Source of the DNA: Proteromonas lacertae
Lineage: Eukaryota
NCBI GenBank assembly: GCA_002245135.1
Contig: NGBS01000893.1
Span: forward strand, 1 to 64,000
Length of the DNA stretch: 64,000 nucleotides
Direction: 5' to 3'
The position numbers and the translations under genes were made by a program. Below are positions 52,308 to 64,000 of the stretch, piece by piece. The first letter of the stretch is position 1; the number at the start of each line of letters is the position of its first letter. The notes under the pieces were generated by a model, which was given only the letters and a program-made list of their open reading frames with translations, was not told where the DNA came from and ran no database searches.

Positions 52308-54495
52308 ATGAAGATTTCGACAATTTTGACAATATCAACATTTCTGCTGTTATGTATATATTTGATTTTATGGTATAGATGCATATCATGAAAGAAGATA
52401 TTATACCGATGTTGAGGCATACAAAGGCTATAGGGATTTACAAGCAGATAATGAAACTTGTGGTGAATATATCCAAGTATATCCATAATATTTTACATAT
52501 ATAGAGAAAATTTGAATGTGAAGAGGTAAATTGTGAAGATCAAGCAACAATTTTTAATTACATGTATATTATTATTTAAATTATATCACATAGTTCATTT
52601 TACTATTGCAGTGGAATGAAGAGCGTAAAACCTCTTAGTTTCATCATTTTATTACTAACTGTCTTTATAATGTTACGTCTATTAGGTAGTACAGCTGATG
52701 AATACTTTTGTTTATCTCTAGAAACATTAGTAGTTAAATTCAACATATCACCTAATCTTGCAGGTGTTACTTTCCTCAGTTTCGGTAATGGTGCTGCTGA
52801 TGTATTTTCATTAATTGCTTCCTTTGTAAGAGGTGCTCCTGAGTTAGGATTGAGTGGAAATGTTGGTGCTTGTTTGTTTACTACTTCAATTGTTATATCC
52901 TTAATATTGTGGGTTACATCTGTAAAAGTACATAAAATAATGTATTTAAGAAATATATTATTCTTTATTGTATATATATATATATATAGTTATTATTATT
53001 TATGTATAGTTATCTGTAAGTTATTTATTCACAATCTATTTAATCGGAAAGATTTACATATACGAAGCAATTGGTTTAGTTGCTTTATATGTGGTATTTG
53101 TAATTGTTTCAGTAATATGGAGAGAAAAAGAAGAAGCTCCAGCTGAGATTATTGATATAGCTGAAAGATCTAGTGATTTAGATGCACCATTATTACCATC
53201 AGCTGCTGATGATTTACCATTATCTGCAAAGAAATTCGCACAGAAATATGACGAAAGTAATGAATTCAATGAAATCTATGGAAATAAAGAAGAAGGAAAT
53301 GAGAAATACCATCGATCTAATTCTGATGATAATTTAGCAGGTAAAACTGAAGAAACTCCAAAGAAATTCTCCATCTTAAGAAGTGTGAGATCAATCTCAG
53401 TCCAACAACATAAAGAGAAAATTATTAAACCAAAAGCTGAATTAAGACCATTACCTTCACAAAGAGCTAAATGGCGACATTTATTCACAGTCCAAGCTGC
53501 TACTTATAGAATTAGAGCTCAAAGTAGAGCAATATCATTATATATTTTATTATGAAATTATTTATTATTTCTTTAATTTTTGATTTTACTTATTAGGTGA
53601 AGAAGCTATTCCTGAAATTGAAGAACCATCAGAACCTCATACAATTAAAGAAATATTCAATGATGATGTCAGAGAAATCAAAGAAGGCAAATTCTGGATT
53701 CCATTCAAAATAATTGAATTTCCATTTGTTATTTTAAGACAAATGACAATTCCATTTTTAGATGAAGATGTTTATTGTAAAGAAATAAATCTCATTACTT
53801 TCATTACTGTTCCTTGGTTTACTGGTTTAATGGCTGGACGTATATATTTATATATTTATATAATAGTTGGTTGGGATTGGTATATGTTAATCGTTTATGC
53901 TGCATTATCAATCGCTGGAGGATGTTTTATATGGTTTTGCACTGAAAGAAATAAACGTCCTAAAAAGACATGGATATTTCTGATTATATTATGTTATGCC
54001 TTCTTATCTTGTGTATTATGGATTTATAAAATAGCAGGTGAAATGGTTAATCTATTACAAACAATTGGTAAAATAGTTGGAATACCAGATGCTGTGATGG
54101 GATTATCTATTTTAGCATTTGGCAATTCAATTGATGATTTTGTAGCTGATGTTGCTTTAGCTAAACAAGGATTTCCAGCTATGGCAATGACTGGTTGTTA
54201 TTGTAGTCCGTTATTCCAAATGTTATTTGGCTTGGGGACAGGCTTGATTATTCAAACTGTTCAACAAGGTCCAAGTTATTTGAGAGATAATAACAATTTA
54301 GAAGCTGTTACTATGTTGATTATTGCATTTATATTTTTAATTTCTAATTTGGTCATGTCATTAGCTATTACAGCAATAAAGAAGTTTACCGTTCCTAGAT
54401 GGCTAGGAATTATACTTATAACTTCATTTGTCACTTTCCTAGGTATTATTGTATTGCTAACAACTGGAGTATTCAAATTTAGAATAAAGATATAA
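52308..54495 (+). CDS. Cation/Ca2+ exchanger (CCX/NCLX-like), multi-exon
   Basis: Alpha repeats AGVTFLSFGNGAADVF and MGLSILAFGNSIDDFVAD. Confidence 0.88.
53532..53589 (+). other. Putative U12-type intron (AT-AC)
   Basis: 5' ATATCATT; TTCTTTAAT; ends AC; removal is in frame. Confidence 0.65.
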
Positions 54496-54604
54496 TGTAT
54501 TAAGAGAAGAAGATGGATATATAATTATAATCAATTTATTTGTTTGATTCATATGTAATTGTGTTTTATAATCAAACAATTGAAAAAAATATATTAGAAA
54601 CATA

Positions 54605-57092
54605 TTACTGAAGATATTTTAAAACATTATTATAGGTGGCTTGATCAAATGTTGTCAATAGACTATCAAATTTATCACCCAATTGTGTTTTTACTGTAAT
54701 AAAAAACTGAGAAAATAAGTTCTTTGAACTAATCTGCATTAAAGGATCATTCTTCTTATAAATTTCGCTAATTAGATTAATATTCGCTTGAACCACATTA
54801 GGAGATGAAATGGATTCATCTTCAGAAGGACTATCAGGACTAGGAATGACATAATTATAATCATCTTTCAATATTGAATAAATATCACCCAAAATTTCAC
54901 CAATTCTTTCATATTTATCATTGATAGTTGTTATTAAAGTTATCACTCCGTATATCCAATATTTCTTCTTTATGCTATCCAAACCAACATTTTCATAATA
55001 TTCTATATATTTATCTATCAACACTTTACATACTTCTTGTTTATTATTTCCACAAAAAATATCTAAAAATGAATTCCATTCTGTTGGAAATTGAAGAATT
55101 ATACGACAAACTAAGCACAAATCACAAGCAATATAAAAGTCATTTTTCTTTGTATCTTTACATATATTAGTCAAACAATTCTTTAATACATTATTAATTA
55201 GATTTAATCCATTTATATTTGGATAAGATATCCACAGTCTTTCACATGTTTCAATCACAATTTTATATTTATTTTCAGGAGTCATTGAAGCGATTTTACT
55301 GAAGAATTCATTGGAGAAACTGCTAAGTTTATTGATAACTCTAAAATCACTGTCTTTAGAAGTAATCCATTGTATTATATATAAACAGTTAGGAATTGAT
55401 TCAATATTATCATCAACAATTTCACATAATTCAGGAATAAGTGTAATTAGATCGTCTGGAATTACTGGTAAAACTGTCAACTATAATAATAATAATAATA
55501 ATAATATATATATATATATACAACATTAATGAATAATTCCAACGTGTCCATAATAATATATGATTTATTCTCATTCTTATTCAATACAAAACACTTATAC
55601 AAAACACTCACAATGGTTGTATTTATAATATTATACCATTCATTAGTTATTGGCCTTAATTTCAATATGTTTATTAACAGATTTATTAATGATATATAAT
55701 CACTAAATAGTGGTGTTTGCTCTAAGAATATATCTATTAATCCAACAATATAATTGATTAAAGATGGTAATAAAGGATAGAATGTGTCACGACTATGTTT
55801 GAAAATACAAGCCAAAAACTTGATTACTATTTCTCTAGAATAATTATCATTTAAATTCTATATATAAATGATAATTATTATTATATTTTATATATACTTT
55901 TAATAAAGTGATCAAGTTTTCAAACATTGCTAAATTCATAGTTTGATAGATTGTCGCTTTATGTTCCAACAATTCTAAATATATTGTCAATGTTTGAATT
56001 GATTCTATCTTTACAGGAATTGATGGATTTATTGATAAAATTGAATATAAGAATTGTATTAACATCATTATTTCATTCTCTTTTAAAGCTACAGTCCAAC
56101 AACTTATTGTCCAAATACTTCTACGTATAATCAGATTAATTGGTAAATTTTTATCATTTATTTGTAATTGAAATAATTGGATCATTCTTCCATTATAAAA
56201 CTCCATAAATGGAAATTCAGGTAAAGAATAAGAACCCAAGCCTAAACAAGCTAAAAATGTGTCATATAATAGTATATCTTGATCTGTTAAAGTGTTTATA
56301 TTTGAGTTTAATATATTTGCATATTGTATTAATATAGCATTAACTGTGTTTGGATTAAATTCTAATAAACCACAAAAAAAACTTTCAGATGCTTTTCTTA
56401 ACTCATCATCTTTCTATATATATATAAATTAAATTAAAAATTAAAAATAAAATAAATTTATACTTCTTTCGATATATAATCCTCTGGATCATTAAAGAAT
56501 TCATTTATTTGTTCATTATTCATTACGTAATACTTCTTAATCAATAGCTCCATAAATATACTTATCTTTTCATCGTTAAAGTAATTGATTATTATATTTC
56601 TAATATAATTATATTGATCTAATGTAATCTCAGCTTTTCCTTTTAAACTTACTTGTCTTTCCGTTGGATTAATTAAATAAGCTTTTGTAGTGAGAATATT
56701 CCCTATAAATGATAATGCTTTTATAATCATAACTGGAGGATAATTGAAATTATTAGAATTGATTAGTATTTGAGTGAAAACTATGATTGTTGATTCAACA
56801 AATGGAATATAGAAAATAGGATAATTATATTGATAAAATACCAACAATCTATTCATTTAATAATAATAGTAATAATACTTTGTTATATTCTTTAATGCTT
56901 TAATTATATGATCATTTTTCATTGGTAATTGACTTAATAACGGTAAATTTTTCACATAAAATGAAAATATTCCATTGATTTGATTGGATACTTCAATTGA
57001 ATCATTTACATCACATTTCTTCAACATATTACACAATATCTTAGTGTAATCTTCAAATATTTGAGAATAATTCATATCTCCACTATATTATA

Positions 57093-57123
<31 letters not shown>

Positions 57124-57752
57124 TTATATTTATACTTTAATATTAAGTTAGTAATTTGTTGGTAAAATACAAAGAATTCTGTTTGAAGAATTTGAAATAT
57201 TAAATTTCTTAATTGTTTAACCAACATCATGATATGCATATTCTTAAATTCCTTCATTATAATACGTAATGTATGGAGATAATTAGGAAATTGCTCATTC
57301 TTTAAGAGAATTGCTTCAATTATTCGAGTAATTATATCAACTGATTTGTTTGGGAAATCTTTACGGAGAATTATTGATAATATTACACCTCTAAAGTCTA
57401 ATAATTGGCCAGATGACCTATTTATCAACATAAACAAGTTTTCTTTCAATGTGTTTCTTTCTTCTTCCGATATTGGATTTGCCTTTCTCTGTTGTGTTTT
57501 CCAATATCTATTAACTGTGTTTTTTAATTCAATAACACTTGCAAGTCTCAGTTCCAGAGAAAAAGATTCTTGGATAGAAATTTCCTATTAACACAATATA
57601 TAAAAAATAGAATATACATTGAGAATGGTACAAAACCCAAGCATACCTTCGTATTCCTGTAATTTGGTAAAACAGGCAGTTTCATCCCCAGTGATCATCT
57701 TGTTCAATAGATTTACAATTTCTGTTATATGTTCAGCATTTAGTGTTGACAT
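54605..57752 (-). CDS. Importin-beta family protein (importin-11-like), multi-exon
   Basis: LRLASVIELKNTVNRYWK (IBN_N-like), EFFNDPEDY and IIRRSIWTISCW; short GT-AG introns link the ORFs. Confidence 0.72.
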
Positions 57753-57840
57753 TCTTTTGTAGCATCCAATGAAATTTTAAATATTTCTAGAAGAGTATCA
57801 AACACAGTATCAAGCTTGATAGTCAGTTTTTCAAAAATAA

Positions 57841-59044
57841 ATGAGTGTATGTAATGAAATATTATATTTAGAGATACAGAGTAATAGAGACAAACATAAC
57901 ACATTATATAGACTCAGTAGAATATGCTAGAGAAAAAGTGAGATTGTTTTCAAGTTTAGCTGTTGTATCATAATTATTCTATTCATTTTAGGGAATATCA
58001 GTAGAGTATCATTTAATGTCAGTTATTTGGATTTATGCTTCACCTTTAATGGAAGGAAAATACTATGTTGACATATTAGCTGAACCTTTAAAACTACAGT
58101 ATTCATGGATTACAGCAATTGTTTATTGTCTTCTATCGTTATTTCCAGGTTTATTCACAAAAGTCTTTTCAGAGACAGAAACGATCAAAATATTCAATTG
58201 GTCTATTGGATTCAGTATATTTGCCATATTATTCAATCTTGACCAATTTAGAAGTCATTTCAATCGTAAAGATACAGATGATGTTTTTGTGATTGTTTCA
58301 CAAGTACAATGTGTGTTAATAGCTGTCATTTATTTCTTATGCATATTTTTCGTGTATTCACTTAGAAAATTATTCGTTCAATTATATAAACAAGATGAAA
58401 AAGGATTTACAGATTTAGAATCATTATCATTAAAAAAGAACAAACAACAACAGAAATTCCGTCCTGTTACCCATTCAAAATTAGCGAAATATTCTGCAAC
58501 AGTAGCACCACAATTATCCAATTATAGTAATGGTATTAATAATGATGAAAATGATGATGATAAAGTAATGAATCATCTACCAAAGCGAAAACCACCATTA
58601 CTGAATAGACCAAAACCTCCACCATTACAAATATCTCATTTAAATACAAAACCATCTTCTATATTCTCTAGTAGATATGATAATGTACTTGATACTAGTA
58701 GATCTTTACTGTTAAACAGAGAAGAAAGCAATGCAAGTGCTTTACCATTATTTGCACCTTTAACTCCACTAACAAGAGAGAATACTTCTGTTTATAATAA
58801 TGATTATAACAGTAATACTTACTTTGTGAATTCTTCTACTACTTCATTCACTGATTCTCCAAGAGTTAATAATAATAATAATAATGGAGGAGGATTGTAT
58901 AGTTCATATAAGAAAACTCCATTTATTACAAATAATCATAAATCTACACCAATATATAAATCTGGTTTGAAATATAAGAAGACTGGATTGTCTAAAGTGA
59001 AATATAGTGTAGTTCCTGATAGTGAAAATGATTCTAATATTTAA
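57841..59044 (+). CDS. Hypothetical multi-pass membrane protein with low-complexity tail (5' exons uncertain)
   Basis: ORF 58016-59044 has several hydrophobic segments; short upstream introns are likely. Confidence 0.55.
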
Positions 59045-59138
59045 TTTAAGAAATTCATTTGTTGTTTTTGAAAAATAAAAATAAAAAAAAATATTCATTA
59101 ATAAATAAATAATTATCTTAATAACAAATTATACAATT

Positions 59139-60210
59139 TTACATATAAGCAGCTTGTTTATTACATGAAATACCATAATACCCTTCAAAACAAGCACATA
59201 AACCAGTACTAAAATCACATATACCTTTACCACTACATACTAAAGGATCAACACCATTATTCTCTACTATAATTCCATTAATTGTATCTGTATTAGAGTT
59301 TACCATACCATGATAACCAGGAAGATGAGTGGTAGTAGTTTTAAACTTATCATCAGTTGTTAGTTTAGTATTATCTAATATTTGTATTTGTGGTTGTTTT
59401 CCAGTTTGATGCGGTCCAAATTTCACTGAAATTATTGTATATGTTCCATCTGTAGATGATGATGTTATTTCACTTATATCAATTGTTCCTGTTGGGAATT
59501 TATATAATTCATTCTTCCATTGTTCTTTATCTGTTATGTCTTTGATTAAATCACTATACCAAAATCTACCATAAGGATCTTCATATTCTAAATAAGCCTT
59601 TCTACCTACACTTGCTACTGGAATTTTGAAGATTTGTGTTGATTGAGTAGGTTCATCACAATCACTTGTAGATGTATAACCAACAGGACATTTACGTTGA
59701 CTACAATCATATCCTGTCCATTCAGCATCACATACACAAGCAAAACTTTGATCTTTATCCCAATAATCATAATCAGCATCTGTTGTAGGATCGTAATTAT
59801 ATTGCTTAAATAATTGATTTTCTCCTATTTTCATTAGATTTACAGCTGTACAAACACCATGAGAATTACAATTGTTTGGACAACTCTGACGTTGACATGC
59901 TGTTCCTTCATAACCTCGAAAACAATCGCAGATTCCATTCTCTCTATTACATTTACCTTGTCCACTACATTCTAAGAAAGATCTTTCTTCTTTTCTCAGC
60001 TTTCCATTTGGATCGGTAAATGGATGATCATATGGACATGTTCCTATATCTTATTATTTATAAAAACATACTCTGTGAACAATCAGCTCCTTTCCATCCT
60101 ATAAAACATAAGCATTTACCATTAGAGCATGTTCCATGTTTTGTACAAAAATTTGGGCATATTGCTCCTTCTACTATGAGAAAAATGAAAAACAAAACAA
60201 TCAAAATCAT
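59139..60210 (-). CDS. Secreted EGF-repeat protein, mastigoneme/Sig1-like (intron 60044-60071)
   Basis: Signal peptide; CPNFCTKHGTC, ECSGQGKCNRENGICDCFRGYEG and WDKDQSFACVCDAEWTGYDCSQRKCPVG. Confidence 0.75.
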
Positions 60211-60284
60211 GAAACGAATAAATTTTTGAATAATAAAAAACAGCGAAATAAACAGTATAATAAGTCATCAACAATATATTAAAT

Positions 60285-61798
60285 TTAGAATGTCAACCAA
60301 TTCAATTTACCTTCAATTATTTCACATTGAACAACACCATTTGTACCATAATCCTCACCATCAACCATCAAACAACTACCATTATGCTCTAACCTAAATG
60401 CTTTCGTATAAATTACATCACATACATCTTTAAATCTTGTTAAATCAGATACATCACTCTTTCTATCAATAATCTTACTAAACATATATAATAACTTCAA
60501 TCTATTCAACTCCTTAGCATATAAAATGCATATTCTTCCTGTATTAATATCCATTTTATTGTCAATCTTCATTTCTTGGTTAAAATTTGAACAAATCACT
60601 ATTATTGCACCAATAAATTTACCTTTCACTTTAACCCAATTATCTGGTACTTTATCTTCCAATTTAGGACAATAATGGCCATTTTTGTCTAAGCCAAATT
60701 CTTCTTCTTCTTCTTCTTCTGGTAAATACGATAAAACACCTTCATGCATTTCTTTTGTTACAATTTCAAGCAAAGCTTGGATTATAAACCTTATTTTACC
60801 TAGACATCTGAATCTATTACCTCTAGTTAATATATTACTTGCTATTCCCCAATATAATTGACAATTAGCATAAATTGTATTATTCTTATCATTAATAGTA
60901 CATTTTATTAAATCCTTTGACTTATATTTTCCTTTTAAACAGTATAATACCGAATTACTCAATTCATAAGGTAAATCATTAATTGTGCAAATTGTACAAG
61001 CTACTGCACATCCACTGCCTCCCATCAAACTTCCCATTGGAATTGTTCTACATATTTCTTTATAATCTGATCTTTGCATTAGTCCTTATATGTGAATTAA
61101 AGAAATTCTAATTCTAATTCGTAATTAAATAAAGGATATGTTTAAAAACTCATGAACTATTCCATCTCCACCACAATATATTATTTCATTATATTTGGCT
61201 TTATCAAAATCTTCTCTAGCATATTTAATCATATGTTGAGCATATTCACTTTGAATTATATCATAATCTAAGACGAGCTTTATCAAACAATGACTTAATT
61301 TCATTCATAAACAACTGCATAGTGTGACCTGTTCCTGAAACTGGATTAATCACCAACAAAATCTTTCGCTTTATTTCATTATACTTTATATCTCTCTCTA
61401 ATGTCATTTTTAATAACTTATTCACTATATTTTCAGTTTCATTGAAGAGATTTGGTTCTTTATCTTGATCGAGGAAAATGTCGTAGAATTGGTACGTTCT
61501 ACTCTTTGATATACAATGACTCTCATAAGGGTAGCTATAAAAATAGAGTAATATATTGAGATACTAGTGTATTCTAATAATATTCTGTGTTGAAGCGTTC
61601 TTAATTAGCTCGATATTAAAAATATCGAAAAATGGTATTTCTAATACATCTTTTTCACTAGTACATATCGATAATGTAGATGATGTACAACTTATTCCCT
61701 ATATAAAGAATTATATATTTATATGGATAGTATACAATCTCTTTACCTTCGTAAGCAGTAGAATCTAGATATTCTAATATCGAAACAGGAGAAGGCAT
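60285..61798 (-). CDS. Sphingosine/diacylglycerol kinase family protein (multi-exon; apparent frameshift near 61272; start uncertain)
   Basis: LLVINPVSG, CGGDGIVHEFLN-GLMQR, GGSG and LMVDGE motifs. Confidence 0.8.
61086..61139 (-). other. Putative U12-type intron (AT-AA)
   Basis: 5' ATATCCTTT; branch-like TTCTTTAAT; removal gives HEFLN|GLMQR. Confidence 0.8.
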
Positions 61799-62340
61799 TG
61801 AAATAAACACAAAATACAAATTACAACACCCTTTTGAATTTTGCCTATTTATGGATGGAATTACTTTTTGAGAGAGAAATGAATATATGTAAGTTATGGA
61901 GAAGAATGCATGATATCATGTAATAACAAGAAAATAGATGATTGTTATAGACCATGCTGAGAATAGTGAAATGAATAAAAGTATTCATTAAATATGTGAA
62001 CTAGTTAATAATAACATTCAATTTGACGTTACTAAAACATTAACAACAATAATTTTGTGTGTATACATTGAACCATAATATTATAAATTTTAGAACAATT
62101 TAACACTATAAGAAAAAACTATTATTCCTAATTTATTTGTGCATTCCAACAGATACTTCTGGGATATGAATTAATTCATAATTCTGTCTAAATAAAAGTC
62201 ATTACAAAAAAGTAATCCTTTCTTTTAATACTTCAATATACTTGAAATGTGATATTCTACAAAATAAAAGGAATTTTATCCTTAAAAGATCAAAATTTCA
62301 CAAGAAAAAGACAAAAATTTAAAAAGTTTGGCTTGAAGAT

Positions 62341-63664
62341 ATGGTATAAACTTTTGTTATTTTCTCTAGGAATATGATGATTTTGACCCTGAAAAAAGGC
62401 CTGGTGATGATTTAGATAGAGATGATACGAAGAGAATAAGAGGAGGTTTCTCAATAAAATTTTTAGTGTCAGATAACGAAGCAGGCAATATTATAGGAAG
62501 AGGAGGTTCTAAATATCATTTTTTAAATTATTGATTCAATGTTCTTTAATATATTTAATGTTAAAGATTTTCAATCAAAAACAAACACATTTGTTCAAAT
62601 ATCAACTAATAAAAACCATTTTCCAGGTACACATGACAGAATAGGAAGAATAGAAGGAGAATATGAAGATGTAAGAGATTGTTTGAGTATGATTTTTGAA
62701 GCTATCAAAAAAGATACAAGAGGTCCACCGCAAATAATGGTATTAATAATACCAGAAGCAGCATGTGGTGTCATTCTAGGAAAGAAAGGTCAAAGAATTC
62801 GAGATATAGTTTCAGATTCAGGTGCAAATATAAAAATCTTAACAGACGAAGCAATCCCTGGTTTACCCGAACGTAAATTATCAATACAAGGCAATTTAGT
62901 GGAAAGAAACACAGCAGTAAAAATGATATTAGATTATATGTTAGAAAATCCAATCTATTATACATACGAAATTCAAGGTATAGAATATCCACCTGAACTT
63001 TACAATATACCACCAGTTGGTAGAAGAGATAGAAATAATAATAATAATAATAATAATAACTATGGCTATGATCGATATGAAGGTATGAATAATAATGGAT
63101 ATTATGATTCAAGATCACCACCACCACCTTTTGGATATGATCAATATTACAACAACAACAACAACAATAGAGGTCCACCACCACCACCACCACCTCCACC
63201 AATGGGTTATTATTCTAATCAATCGATGAATTCAACTCCTCCTCCACCACCACCTCCACTACCATTACAAATGCAACAACAACAACAACCAATTCAACAA
63301 CCTGGAATTCCTCCTGTTGTAGGAACGCCATTGACTTTGCCAAAGGAAGTAGCATTGATGTTGGATAGTAATATTACGAGTGATATTATTGATTATGTCA
63401 GAGTATATATGTGTATATAATTGAATAGAAATATAGTAATGCTGAACTCATATTTGATCCTAATGTAAATATGTCTATCCCTGATAAGTTAGTTACATTA
63501 AAAGGTAATACTTTGAGTGTAGATTTAGCATTTTCGATGTTATCCAGAAGATTAAAACCTAAACGTATATATTAGTATTTATCTATATATTAGCACAAGA
63601 ACCTAACCAGTATCCACAAGATATTCCTAGAAATACTTCTCCAATGAGGCAATATGTTAACTAA
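62341..63664 (+). CDS. KH-domain RNA-binding protein (NOVA/PCBP-like), multi-exon
   Basis: IKFLVSDNEAGNIIGRGG and VLIIPEAACGVILGKKGQRI KH motifs. Confidence 0.85.
62513..62558 (+). other. Putative U12-type intron (AT-AA)
   Basis: 5' ATATCATTT; branch-like TTCTTTAAT; removal restores the KH motif IIGRGGSNVKDFQ. Confidence 0.72.
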
Positions 63665-64000
63665 CACATTTTTCGTAATTTCGTTTTTTAAAATAAGTCA
63701 ATTATTCAACAATCTTTTTTAAAAAACAATAATGAAAATCAGAACAACACAATTTATCTAAACAATAAATAATTCATATTATAAATAATCAAATTTATAT
63801 TCATTGTTGTTTCAAATGGGTTTGAAAATAAGAAAATATAGAAAATATAAGGTTTATTAGTGTTAAAATCAACAAAACAATTAAGCCTCGATTTGAAAGA
63901 TAACAGAACTTATTAAGTTATCAATTAGTCTCGGCTTTTATCAAGAGTGATAGATTTTTAAATTTTAATTTTTTGATAATGGCTTCTCAGGTTTTGACAT

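Noticed and set aside
63925..63955. TCTCGGCTTTT similarity to the U2 snRNA 5' end
   Set aside because: No GTGTAGTA branch-pairing sequence or downstream structure.

Overview
AT-rich eukaryotic DNA with very short (about 26-60 nt) spliceosomal introns. It looks like a compact protist genome; a stramenopile is suggested by a mastigoneme/Sig1-like EGF protein, but that is inference. The window has three parts. (1) 1-13456 is the right arm of a Polinton/Maverick-type endogenous DNA virus (element A). It carries an intact protein-primed PolB, an RVE integrase, an adenain-like protease apparently at the end of a frameshifted polyprotein, and a highly structured terminus ending ...GCCCTTAATATATATTATTAT that abuts a truncated RPC2 copy. 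(2) 14341-48446 holds two near-identical tandem units of about 17 kb. Each unit contains a second, decayed Polinton-like element (B), a 980-bp TG...CA TIR element with a 5-bp TSD nested in a B gene, the left terminus of a third related element (C) truncating B's PolB, a roughly 2000-aa five-exon Crinkler/RHS-type double-NTPase gene, and the 3' end of RNA Pol III RPC2. (3) 47452-64000 contains ordinary host genes: RPC2, SSSCA1-like, cation/Ca exchanger, importin-beta family, EGF-repeat, sphingosine-kinase-like and KH proteins. Three of them appear to carry minor-spliceosome (U12-type) introns, two with unusual AT-AA ends. No capsid or packaging ATPase gene was recognisable in the window. All protein calls come from motif recognition by eye, not database searches.
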